Source of the DNA: an uncultured delta proteobacterium
GTDB taxonomy: Bacteria; Desulfobacterota; Binatia; UBA9968
Direction of reading: 5' to 3'
NCBI GenBank assembly: GCA_963737905.1
Contig: CAVTUQ010000008.1
Span: 64,001 to 128,000 of the forward strand
DNA length: 64,000 nt
The translations under genes and the position numbers were made by a program. Shown one piece after another: positions 9,365 to 18,207 of this stretch (positions are counted from its first letter, which is position 1; every line of letters starts with the position of its first letter). Below the pieces are notes generated by a model. The model made no database searches. It saw nothing but the letters and a program-made list of their open reading frames with translations, and was not told the origin of the DNA.

Positions 9365-10156
9365 TCAACGGTCGCTCAGCAGAAGCGCTCGCAACTCTTC
9401 TTCCCACGAACGGCTGCCGCCAGCGTCCCATTGGCAATGAAGATCACGGATTTGTCCCGATGCAGTGAACTTCGCTAGCTCTCCAAGAGCCTCGCTGAGA
9501 ATCTCTTCCTGCTTTCGGCGGTCTCCGGGGCGGCCAAAGGTGCGACCAACGGGATGATCGACAAAAACGGCCCGCGGAGGCGGGACTTTGGCCATGATAT
9601 CTAAAGCCGTTCCAATGACCAGAGTCGGGATGTCATGGCTTTCGATGAAATGGGCGATGAGACCCACGGTCTCATGGCAGAAGGGTCAATAGGGCACGAG
9701 CAGGGCAAGGTCAACGTCCGCTTGCTTCAGCTCCCCAACAATCGCCGGGGCGAGTTCGGTTTCCACTTCTTGATGCCGCCGGATACCGCCCATAAACGAA
9801 ACGTGAATGGGGGACAAGCTCCCCACGATTTGCTTTGCAGCGAGATTTGCCAAAGCGGCCATCGGGAAAACGATTTCGGGATTGTGCCGCGGCACCGGAC
9901 CAATGCGCGAATGGTGATCAATCACAATCTCGCTTGCCTCGGAATCGGACGGAATGAGCCGGTAGCTCAGGTCTTCGGCCGGCGCAAAGGGTTCCTGACG
10001 GTTGAGACGCAAAGCCGCGCTCGTCAAAAGCGCGACGCGTGACTGGTTCACTGGCTTCTTTACCGCGCACCACGACCGTTTCGATGGCGCGACCAAAACC
10101 CGAGGCGGCTTAGGAGCCGATGATTGAGCCATGATGGGTAGATATTCCAGAGCCAT
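9365..10156 (-). CDS. PrdB/GrdB-like selenoprotein (glycine/proline reductase selenoprotein B family), 263 aa, Sec157 encoded by UGA at 9686-9688
   Basis: The two ORFs are in the same frame across one TGA: VDLALLVPY-U-PFCHETVGLIAHFIESHDIPT (UxxC motif); SECIS-like hairpin follows the UGA. Confidence 0.88.
9657..9675 (-). promoter_or_regulatory. Putative bacterial SECIS element
   Basis: mRNA reads UGA-CCCUUCUGCC-AUGAGACC-GUG-GGUCUCAU: perfect 8-bp stem, G-starting loop 18 nt after the UGA. Confidence 0.75.
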
Positions 10157-10294
10157 GGGTGGGTTATCCTTTTTTCATGGAAAATTCGTTTGGTGGGCAC
10201 GATAGAGTCCTAATATTGTACGCGGATATCGGAAGTCAACCTTCGGGTGGGCTGAGTGCTTTGTGAATGGGGATGTGGTAAGCAAGAAACACCT

Positions 10295-10986
10295 ATGGTT
10301 GATGTCGCTGCCAACTACCATAAGATTATCGAGCGAATTGGCGAGGCAGCGCTAAGAGCCGGCCGAAATCCACAAGCAATCAAGCTTTTGGCTGCAGGAA
10401 AATCTCAAAGCATCGAGCTGATACAGGCAGCGATTGCGGTGGGAGTGAGGTCATCGGCGAGAACTACGTGCAGGAGGCGGAGAGTAAAAGGCAAGTCATT
10501 TCAGAGATCGTCGAATGGCATTTGATCGGGCACCTTCAGCGCAACAAAGCAAGGGCAGCGATTCAGATATTCGATCTGATTCAATCGCTGGACAGCGCTG
10601 CCTTAGCTATGGAACTCGAAAAAGCGGGAAGAAAGAATGGAAAGACGATTTGTACGTTTATCGAAGTCAACCTTGGCGACGAACAGTCGAAGTCAGGCAT
10701 CGGACAAGACAAAGTTGCGGAGCTTTTGAAAAGGGTGAGCGACTTATCGCATGTTAAAGTACAGGGATTGATGGCTGTTCCGCCGTTTAAAGAAAATCCC
10801 GAAGAGGTGCGTCCCTTTTTTCGCGCGTTGAAAGATCTCCAGTCGGAGCTGGAGTGCTTGACCATTCCCAATGTCAGCCTCCATGAACTGTCTATGGGAA
10901 TGACCCACGATTATCCCGTCGCCGTCGAAGAAGGCGCAACCATCGTGCGCATCGGCACCGCTCTATTTGGCCCGAGGAAGACATAG
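10295..10986 (+). CDS. yggS: PLP homeostasis protein YggS/PlsC (one frameshift near 10450)
   Basis: N-part RAGRNPQAIKLLAAGKSQ; then (I)GENYVQEA, WHLIGHLQRNK, ELSMGMTHDY, VRIGTALFG in another frame. Confidence 0.9.
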
Positions 10987-10994
10987 AAAAGACG

Positions 10995-11294
10995 ATGTTC
11001 ATCATGGCGAATTTGCTTGTTGCCTTGGCCCAAGTTCTCGACTATATCCTGTGGGCTTACTGGTGGATTCTTTTGGGTCGAGTCGTGATTTCGTGGGTTA
11101 ACGCCGACCCCCATAATCCTATTGTCCGTTTTCTTTATGTTGCAACAGAGCCGGTGCTGGCTAGGGTACGCCGGATGTTGCCGGTTTATACAGGTGGATT
11201 CGACCTATCGCCGATTGTGGTTTGGATCGGGGTTATTTTCTTGCAGCGTTTCCTGGTTCAGTCGCTCTATGATCTTGCCCATACGCTCAGATAG
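10995..11294 (+). CDS. yggT: YggT family membrane protein
   Basis: ISWVNADPHNPIVRFLYVATEP, GGFDLSPIV; next to yggS. Confidence 0.9.
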   Translation: MFIMANLLVALAQVLDYILWAYWWILLGRVVISWVNADPHNPIVRFLYVATEPVLARVRRMLPVYTGGFDLSPIVVWIGVIFLQRFLVQSLYDLAHTLR

Positions 11295-11393
11295 GTACGG
11301 TTTCTGCAATGAAATCGTTCTATGCCGAGCGGTTGAGATGTTAAGACGGGGATGAATGACCGTCTGAAATAAATATTCAGGAGGTTTGGAAAG

Positions 11394-12812
11394 ATGAAAA
11401 TTTTTCTAGCCGGAAACTGGGTGGACAAAGCAAAAACAATCGAGGTCAAAAACCCATTCGATAACTCTGTGATCGATACCGTGCCCAGATCCGATGCCGG
11501 GGATCTGGAGAAAGCGCTGGCCTTCGCGGAGCATGGCGCCAAAGTGATGGCGAAGCTTTCAAGCTACGAGCGCTGGAAGATTTTGCGCAAGGCGGCCGAT
11601 TTGATGGCCGCACACAACGAAGAGTTGGGCCAAACCATTTCTCAAGAAGAAGGGAAAGTAATCGCCGAAGGGCGCGGTGAAGCTAGCCGGGCCGTTGAAA
11701 CCATGATGGGATCGGCCGAGGAAGCCAAGCGGATTCATGGGGAAACGGTCCCCCTGGACGCAGATCCGACCGGAAGCAAAAAGCTTGGATTTACGTTGCG
11801 CGTACCCTGCGGAGTCGTGGCGGCCATTGCGCCGTTTAATTTTCCGCTCAATTTGGTTTGTCACAAAGTCGGGCCGGCGTTGGCAGCGGGTAACACAGTA
11901 ATCGTGAAGCCGGCATCAGACACGCCGCTCTCGGCTTTGAAGCTCACCGAGATTTTGCTCGAGTCCGGACTGCCGCCGGAAGGGATTCAATGCATTACCG
12001 GCTCGGGCGGAGAAATCGGCGATGCTTTGGTCGCCGACCGTCGCGTACGTAAAGTCACGTTTACCGGCAGCCGGGAAGTCGGCGATCGGATCTGCCGCAC
12101 GGCGGGTATTAAAAAGGTGACGATGGAACTTGGCTCCAACAGCCCGGTTATTGTTATGCCCGACGCCGATCTAAACAAAGTAGCGGCCGCCATCGCGACG
12201 ACCGGATACGGAAACGCGGGCCAGACTTGTATCTCGACGCAGCGGGTGCTGACGGCTAAAAAAGTCTACAGCGATTTTCTCGGCGCGCTGAAACCCAAAG
12301 TCGAAGCGCTGACCATCGGTAATCAGCTCGATGAAAAGTCCAAAGTCGGACCCATGGTAAAGGAGAGTGAAGCCGTACGGGTCGACGACTGGATTACGGA
12401 AGCGGTGGCAGGCGGCGCGCGGATGGTCGCGGGCGGTGGTAGGCGAGGCGCGATCTATATGCCGGCCGTGGTGGCCGATGTCCATCCGGACATGCGTATC
12501 TCTCGTGATGAACTGTTCGGTCCAGCGGTGGCGGTAACGCCGTTCGATACGATTGAAGAGGCGCTCGCCCTGGCCAACGACAGCGTCTATGGACTGGCGG
12601 CCGGCATTTTCACCGAGAATGTCGAGTGGGCGATGAAGTTTGCCCGCGAGGCAGAAGCGGGCAACCTCCACGTCAATTGGGGCTCCCAGTGGCGCGTCGA
12701 TTTGATGCCTTACGGGGGTCTCAAAGACTCCGGCTTTGGAAAAGAAGGTCCGCGGTACGCAGTGGAGGAGATGACGGAACTCAAAATGGTCGTGTTTCAC
12801 TTGAATAGCTGA
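11394..12812 (+). CDS. NAD(P)-dependent aldehyde dehydrogenase
   Basis: PFNFP, FTGS, MELGSN (catalytic Glu), GQTCIS (catalytic Cys), ELFGP, PYGGLKDSG. Confidence 0.95.
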   Translation: MKIFLAGNWVDKAKTIEVKNPFDNSVIDTVPRSDAGDLEKALAFAEHGAKVMAKLSSYERWKILRKAADLMAAHNEELGQTISQEEGKVIAEGRGEASRAVETMMGSAEEAKRIHGETVPLDADPTGSKKLGFTLRVPCGVVAAIAPFNFPLNLVCHKVGPALAAGNTVIVKPASDTPLSALKLTEILLESGLPPEGIQCITGSGGEIGDALVADRRVRKVTFTGSREVGDRICRTAGIKKVTMELGSNSPVIVMPDADLNKVAAAIATTGYGNAGQTCISTQRVLTAKKVYSDFLGALKPKVEALTIGNQLDEKSKVGPMVKESEAVRVDDWITEAVAGGARMVAGGGRRGAIYMPAVVADVHPDMRISRDELFGPAVAVTPFDTIEEALALANDSVYGLAAGIFTENVEWAMKFAREAEAGNLHVNWGSQWRVDLMPYGGLKDSGFGKEGPRYAVEEMTELKMVVFHLNS

Positions 12813-12819
12813 CTATGTG

Positions 12820-12937
12820 CGTTCAAATCGTTCAAGTCGTTCAAAACGTTCCAATCGTCGAAGAGTCAGAACAGCTCGGAACGATCTCGGGAGGGGCAAC
12901 GACTTGAACGTCTTGGACGATTTGAACGGCTTGAACG
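12820..12937. repeat. Fold-back element of 9-nt tandem repeats
   Basis: CGTTCAAAT CGTTCAAGT CGTTCAAAA CGTTCCAAT ... ACTTGAACG TCTTGGACG ATTTGAACG GCTTGAACG (4+4 inverted units around a ~45 nt spacer). Confidence 0.85.
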
Positions 12938-12947
12938 AGACAAACGG

Positions 12948-13670
12948 ATGAGAAGCGACGGTCGAAAACCACGGCAACTTAGGCCGCTGACGATTACGCC
13001 GGGTTACTTAAAGACGGCGGACGGCTCGGTCTTGATCGAAGTGGGGGATACGAGAGTCATCTGTACGGCGAAGCTCGAAGAGCGCGTGCCGCAGTTCCTG
13101 CGCAACAGCGGCAAGGGTTGGATTACGGCTGAGTATGGCATGCTCCCGGGTTCTTCACAGGTGCGCATCGGGCGTGAAGCATCGCGCGGGAAGATCGGCG
13201 GGAGAACCCATGAGATTCAGCGGCTCATCGGTCGAAGCCTCAGGGCGATTGCTGATCTCAAGAGCCTTGGCGAAAGAACGATCTGGATTGACTGCGATGT
13301 GATACAGGCGGACGGAGGTACCCGAACGGCATCCATCACGGGTGCTTACGTTGCGCTGATGGAATCCGTGCGGCGCTGGCGCGACCGCGGAATCGTTAAT
13401 GAAGATCCGATCAAAGATTCGGTTGCAGCCGTCAGTGTGGGTATCATCGACGGCAAAATTCTTCTGGACTTGTCTTACGAGGAAGACAGCCGGGCCGATG
13501 TCGATATGAACTTCGTCATGACCGGCTCCGGCAAGTTCGTCGAAGTGCAAGGGACCGCGGAGAGCGCTCCCTTCACGCAGAAACAGATGGAGCGCATGAC
13601 GGAAATCGCTCAAGAGGGGATTCGCGAGCTGATCAAAGCGCAGAAGAAAGTTCTCACCTCCATCGCCTGA
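12948..13670 (+). CDS. rph: Ribonuclease PH
   Basis: [42 protein letters not shown]. Confidence 0.97.
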   Translation: MRSDGRKPRQLRPLTITPGYLKTADGSVLIEVGDTRVICTAKLEERVPQFLRNSGKGWITAEYGMLPGSSQVRIGREASRGKIGGRTHEIQRLIGRSLRAIADLKSLGERTIWIDCDVIQADGGTRTASITGAYVALMESVRRWRDRGIVNEDPIKDSVAAVSVGIIDGKILLDLSYEEDSRADVDMNFVMTGSGKFVEVQGTAESAPFTQKQMERMTEIAQEGIRELIKAQKKVLTSIA

Positions 13671-13683
13671 ATTATGATGAATC

Positions 13684-14343
13684 GTGACTGAGCTGCTCGT
13701 TGCTACTACGAATCGAGGGAAATTTGCCGAGGTTGAATCCTCCCTCAAATATCTTCCGCTAAAGATTCTTCCGTTGCCGAGTTTGGGAAACTTTCCCCTA
13801 GTATTTGAAGATGGCGCTACCTACGAAGAGAACGCCCTCAAGAAGGCAAGGACATTGGCGGAATATTCTGGCTATGTCACGTTGGCCGATGATTCAGGCT
13901 TGGAGGTGGATGCGCTGAACAGAGCGCCGGGCATTTATTCGGCCCGTTACAGTGGTGAGGAAGGAAACGATCAGAAAAACAATGACAAGCTTCTCGCCGT
14001 ACTCAAGCAGGTTCCAGATGAAAAACGCACCGCGCGGTTCGTTTGTGTCTTGGCGCTTTGTGGGCCGACTTCTTCGGACATGAAGGCATGGACTGTGCAC
14101 GAGTCCTGCGAAGGACGCATCGCTTTTGCTCCAAAGGGTAGTGGCGGCTTTGGCTACGATCCGCTTTTTTTGTATCCGCCCTTCGGCAAAACCTTTGGTG
14201 AGATCGATCGAGAAACCAAAGCAACGGTGAGCCATCGGGGTAAGGCGCTAAAGAAACTGGCGCAGGGTTTGCCAACCATCATGGATCTGGGACAAAACCT
14301 TGATTTCAAACCCCGCCTGTGTAGAATAACATGGTTCATCTAA
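13684..14343 (+). CDS. rdgB: dITP/XTP pyrophosphatase (Ham1 family)
   Basis: ATTNRGK, ENALKKA, ADDSGLEVDAL, PGIYSARY, GFGYDP, SHRGKAL. Confidence 0.95.
   Translation: MTELLVATTNRGKFAEVESSLKYLPLKILPLPSLGNFPLVFEDGATYEENALKKARTLAEYSGYVTLADDSGLEVDALNRAPGIYSARYSGEEGNDQKNNDKLLAVLKQVPDEKRTARFVCVLALCGPTSSDMKAWTVHESCEGRIAFAPKGSGGFGYDPLFLYPPFGKTFGEIDRETKATVSHRGKALKKLAQGLPTIMDLGQNLDFKPRLCRITWFI
14300..14327 (+). promoter_or_regulatory. Putative sigma70 promoter for the tRNA cluster, inside the rdgB 3' end
   Basis: TTGATT-16nt-TAGAAT, ending 16 nt before tRNA-Pro. Confidence 0.5.
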
Positions 14344-14420
14344 CGGGGCGTAGCGCAGCCTGGTAGCGCACCTGCCTTGGGCGCAGGGGGTCGGAAGTTC
14401 AAATCTTCTCGCCCCGACCA
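14344..14420 (+). tRNA. tRNA-Pro(TGG)
   Basis: Cloverleaf CGGGGCG/CGCCCCG, anticodon arm CCTGC-CTTGGGC-GCAGG, CCA. Confidence 0.96.
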
Positions 14421-14425
14421 GATTT

Positions 14426-14490
14426 ACAGTCAGCAGTGGACAGTAACCAGTGAACAGTTGGGGCGACTGTTTTCTGTTCACTGCTAGCTT
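14426..14490. repeat. Fold-back element of NNNCAGT heptamer repeats
   Basis: CAGT at a 7-nt period (14427, 14434, 14441, 14448, 14455), then inverted ACTGTTT TCTGTTC ACTGCTA. Confidence 0.7.
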
Positions 14491-14497
14491 TTGAGTT

Positions 14498-14574
14498 GCG
14501 CCAGTAGCTCAGCTGGATAGAGCAACGGCCTTCTAAGCCGTAGGTCAGGGGTTCGAATCCCTTCTGGCGCGCCA
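14498..14574 (+). tRNA. tRNA-Arg(TCT)
   Basis: GCGCCAG/CTGGCGC, ACGGC-CTTCTAA-GCCGT, CCA. Confidence 0.96.
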
Positions 14575-14592
14575 CCGTGGGTTTTTCGATGT

Positions 14593-14669
14593 GGTGAGTG
14601 TAGCTCAACGGTTAGAGCACTGGACTGTGGCTCCAGGGGTTGAGGGTTCAAATCCCTTCACTCACCCCA
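14593..14669 (+). tRNA. tRNA-His(GTG), with encoded G-1
   Basis: G-GTGAGTG/CACTCAC-C, CTGGA-CTGTGGC-TCCAG, CCA. Confidence 0.96.
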
Positions 14670-14682
14670 AGCTATTTCGTCT

Positions 14683-14740
14683 GAGGATAGACGATCGAAT
14701 CGACGATCACGATCTTCGATCCTCTGTATTCGATGCTCGA
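14683..14740. repeat. Fold-back element of GAGGATN-type heptamer repeats
   Basis: GAGGATA GACGATC ... GATCTTC GATCCTC TGTATTC GATGCTC; same family as 4527-4591. Confidence 0.6.
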
Positions 14741-14750
14741 TTTGGCGCAT

Positions 14751-14826
<76 letters not shown>

Positions 14827-14964
14827 AACATTTCAAGCAAAGACGCGTTACGTGGCACACGGGCGTTCCCGCTAAGAATCTATTGTTTAGACTAATTGGT
14901 AGTGAGATAATCTCATAACAATCCGCACCACCACGGCAAGCGCCTACCGCGGGCGGAGTCACAT

Positions 14965-15490
14965 ATGGGGCTGGATGAAGGAATGACCTACTCGATGCCC
15001 TTGGAGGTGTATCTCCAGTCAGCTGTAGTACGCGGAATCCTTGGTACGAATCAGGATCGTCTAAGCAACTATTTTATTCTTCGAGAAGGCGACGAGGTGT
15101 TTTCTCTCAAAGAGGCAATGCTGGAAAGTCGCAGACCGAAAACCGGTGGCGATAAGTGCTGACGAGTACCTTATTTATATGCAAGAAGTATTTTTGATCG
15201 CGGATCTGAGTCCGCAATTCAGGTCGGAGCGGTCGGGTCTCGAGCATCTCTACGTGAAGAAAGAGGCGAGCAAAGCGTTGTTGGGCGTCGGTCCATTCTG
15301 GCTCCGAGGAAATATCCATCTTATACCTGGGAGTGCACTCCATGAGCTTTTGATGGCAAAAACGCGCTTCATTCCAGTAACCGATGCGACGTTGATAGAT
15401 CGCTCCGACGTGGGACCCCGCACCTATCTGGTTAATCGAACCAAGATCGGTTTCATCACAGCCGTCGGCGAAGGCCTAGAAGAGTTATAA
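14965..15490 (+). CDS. Hypothetical protein with two tandem DUF6812-like domains (frameshift near 15130)
   Basis: Two similar halves (VRGIL..RLSNYF..FSLKEA / LRGNIH..LHELL..FIPVTDA..LVNRTKI) split over ORFs 14965-15162 and 15146-15490. Confidence 0.5.
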
Positions 15491-15505
15491 TCATAAGGAT
15501 GAATT

Positions 15506-15823
15506 TTGGAATCGCACTATCCGACTGAAATCAACCATATTAAAGCGGACGGCCTCATCCGGATCACTTGGGAGGATGGTCACGTTGGAGCGTACGCTCA
15601 GGAGTATCTTCGCGGGTACTGCCCCTGTGCGTTGTGCCAAGGGCACGGGGTGCAAAGAAATTTTGTTTCCGTTCCCGAGGCTAGGCTACAAGAGATTCGC
15701 GCTGTCGGTAACTATGCCATCGAATTCGTCTGGCACGACGGTCATAGCACCGGAATCTACACTTACGACTACCTAAGATCTCTCTGTCCCTGTGACGGTT
15801 GTAAAGAGCGTCAACCCGATTAG
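15506..15823 (+). CDS. DUF971 / GBBH-like N-terminal domain protein (metal-binding)
   Basis: ITWEDGH, YLRGYCPCALC, VGNYAIEFVWHDGHSTGIY. Confidence 0.88.
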   Translation: MESHYPTEINHIKADGLIRITWEDGHVGAYAQEYLRGYCPCALCQGHGVQRNFVSVPEARLQEIRAVGNYAIEFVWHDGHSTGIYTYDYLRSLCPCDGCKERQPD

Positions 15824-15934
15824 GCCTGATCTTTCCTCGCCTGAATCTGCTCGTCTCATGAACCTGCACTATAAGTCATGTCTGCTCGTGTGCAGAAATC
15901 CAAGCTCGCTTAGGTAATTTAGGCGGTGCAGCAC

Positions 15935-15963
15935 TTGACATAGCACAACTCCTTTTCTACTCT
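15935..15963 (+). promoter_or_regulatory. Putative sigma70 promoter for tRNA-Leu/tig
   Basis: TTGACA-17nt-TACTCT. Confidence 0.55.
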
Positions 15964-16006
15964 CCTTTTTTGTTCTGAGAGGTCGACGTGTTCTTGAGTA
16001 ATTCAA

Positions 16007-16090
16007 GCGAGAGTGGCGGAACTGGCAGACGCACTAGACTTAGGATCTAGCGGGTAACCCGTGGGGGTTCGAGTCCCCCCTCTCGCACCA
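16007..16090 (+). tRNA. tRNA-Leu(TAG)
   Basis: GCGAGAG/CTCTCGC, CTAGA-CTTAGGA-TCTAG, long variable arm, CCA. Confidence 0.96.
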
Positions 16091-16219
16091 AAATCATAAA
16101 TAGTCTATGACATTAGTGGTGAGATAGAATATGAGTCGTTCAGTCACAGCCGAAGCGAGCTGGAATCCGCGGATCGAATTTGAATGCACAAGGGAGCGGG
16201 ATGCGTTTTGTGATGAGTT

Positions 16220-17545
16220 ATGAAGATAGACGTTGATGAAATAAGTCCGGTGCAGCGAAAGATCCGAGTTGAACTACCTGCGGAAGCGGTGGCCAGTGAG
16301 TTTTCCCGCGCGTACGAAGACCTCCGGCGACGAGTACGCATAAAAGGATTCCGCGCCGGCAAGGCGCCCCGGGGTGTACTGCAAGGCATCTACGGGGACG
16401 AACTTAAGGGACAGGTGCGGTCGCAGCTGGTGGAGGAATCTTTGGGGGAGGTCATCAAAGAGCGGGGGCTGCAGATCGTTTCCCGACCTGAGATTGAAGC
16501 CAATGATCTGGTCGAAGGCAGTCCTTTTTCTTTCTCAGCTGTTTTCGAAATCAAGCCGGCAATCGAAGTCAAGGACTATTTGGGTATCGAGGTCGAGAAA
16601 GTCAAACTTTTTGTTACCGATGACCAGGTCAATGAAGCGCTCCGTCGACTCCAGGAGAGTCATGCGCGGCTGGAGCCTGTTGAAAATCGCACCGTCGTCC
16701 AGCAGGGAGACTTTGTCACTTTGGATTTTGAAGGATCTATTGCGGGCAAGCCATTTCAAGGCGGAAAAGGAGAGAACTATTTTTTGGAAGTTGGTGGCGG
16801 ACAGGCATTGCCGCAATTTGAAGAAGCAGTTATAGGACTGACTCAGGGGGTGCCCACGAAACTTCAAGTCGTCTATCCGGAGAATTATTCAAATAGCGAG
16901 CTTGCTGGCAAGACCGTGGATTTTTCTGTGCTGGTACGCGAGATCAAGCAAAAGGTACTTCCGGAGCTTGACGACGATTTCGCCAAAGATCATGGCGAAT
17001 GCGGTTCTCTAGCGGAGCTAAGAACAGCCATCCAGACACGCCTGGAAAATGAGCTGAATCACATTCAACAAGAGGAACTCAAAGAGCAGATTATTGGTCG
17101 TCTTATTGAAACTAGTTCCTTTGCGCCGCCACCCACGATGGTGGAGCGACAAACCCGTTACCTCATGGAGCGCTATCAAAACCGAGGCCTCGGACAAAGC
17201 GCTTCGGGACCGCAGCCGGCGCCCTCTTTGGAAGAAACGAGAAAAACTCTCGAAGGGCGCGCTCAGCGTCAGGTTCAAGCGACCCTGTTAGTTGAAAAGA
17301 TTGCTCAGCTTGAAAATATCGAGGTCTCCGACAAAGAGGTTCAGGAAAGGGTTGAAAACCTCAGTCGGGCCGCCGGTGACAGGGCAAAAACGGTCCGCGA
17401 GGCCTACTCTAAGCCGGAGACCCGGGACGATTTGCGGGCCCAGATGGTTTTCGATCGTACACTCGGTTTTCTACTCGAACGCGCGCTCATTAAGGAGGTC
17501 GATGCGCCCGCCACAAAGGTTGATGAACAAGGTAAAAAAGGCTAA
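16220..17545 (+). CDS. tig: Trigger factor
   Basis: GFRAGKAP ribosome-binding motif, FKBP domain, position upstream of clpP. Confidence 0.96.
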   Translation: MKIDVDEISPVQRKIRVELPAEAVASEFSRAYEDLRRRVRIKGFRAGKAPRGVLQGIYGDELKGQVRSQLVEESLGEVIKERGLQIVSRPEIEANDLVEGSPFSFSAVFEIKPAIEVKDYLGIEVEKVKLFVTDDQVNEALRRLQESHARLEPVENRTVVQQGDFVTLDFEGSIAGKPFQGGKGENYFLEVGGGQALPQFEEAVIGLTQGVPTKLQVVYPENYSNSELAGKTVDFSVLVREIKQKVLPELDDDFAKDHGECGSLAELRTAIQTRLENELNHIQQEELKEQIIGRLIETSSFAPPPTMVERQTRYLMERYQNRGLGQSASGPQPAPSLEETRKTLEGRAQRQVQATLLVEKIAQLENIEVSDKEVQERVENLSRAAGDRAKTVREAYSKPETRDDLRAQMVFDRTLGFLLERALIKEVDAPATKVDEQGKKG

Positions 17546-17548
17546 AAT
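17520..17548 (+). promoter_or_regulatory. Putative promoter for clpP
   Basis: TTGATG-17nt-TAAAAT overlapping the tig stop. Confidence 0.45.
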
Positions 17549-17578
17549 GCTCTTTGTGGTTGAGGAGTTTCCTAAGAA

Positions 17579-18181
17579 ATGAACTTTATTCCTATTGTCG
17601 TTGAGCAGACCGGTCGCGGGGAACGCGCCTACGACATTTACTCTCGGCTACTCAAGGATCGTATCGTATTTCTCGGGTCCGTGGTCACCGATGATGTGGC
17701 GAACCTGATCACTGCGCAGTTACTCTTTCTGGAATCTGAAGATCCCGACCGAGACGTTTTCTTTTATATCAACAGCCCTGGGGGTTCGGTAACCGCAGGC
17801 CTTGCTATCTATGACACAATGCAATATGTCCGACCCCAGATCTCGACCGTTTGCGTCGGCCAAGCTGCGAGCATGGGCGCGGTACTGCTAGCCGCAGGGG
17901 CAAAGGGAAAGCGCTACTCCCTGCCCCACTCGCGCATCATGATTCACCAGCCGCTGGGTGGGTTTCAAGGCCAAGCTGCCGATATCGATATTCAGGCCCG
18001 TGAAATTCTTCGGATGCGGGAAGATTTAAACAATATCTTGATGAAGCACACGGGGCAAAGTCTAAAAAAAATTGAAAAGGACACGGATCGTGATCTTTTT
18101 CTGAATGGCAAGCAAGCCCAGGAATACGGGTTGGTGGATGAAGTTATCGCCACGCGACCGGAAAGCAGCCTCAAGAAGTGA
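17579..18181 (+). CDS. clpP: ATP-dependent Clp protease proteolytic subunit
   Basis: [30 protein letters not shown]. Confidence 0.98.
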   Translation: MNFIPIVVEQTGRGERAYDIYSRLLKDRIVFLGSVVTDDVANLITAQLLFLESEDPDRDVFFYINSPGGSVTAGLAIYDTMQYVRPQISTVCVGQAASMGAVLLAAGAKGKRYSLPHSRIMIHQPLGGFQGQAADIDIQAREILRMREDLNNILMKHTGQSLKKIEKDTDRDLFLNGKQAQEYGLVDEVIATRPESSLKK

Positions 18182-18207
18182 GGGAACTTTAGTGAAGCGG
18201 GGGTTCT

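Noticed and set aside
9365-9367. Terminal TGA of the selenoprotein as a second Sec
   Set aside because: No downstream hairpin or conserved continuation seen; the protein length already fits the family.
12820-12937. Possible mini-CRISPR array
   Set aside because: Units are 9 nt, directly adjacent and inverted; no spacers and no cas genes.
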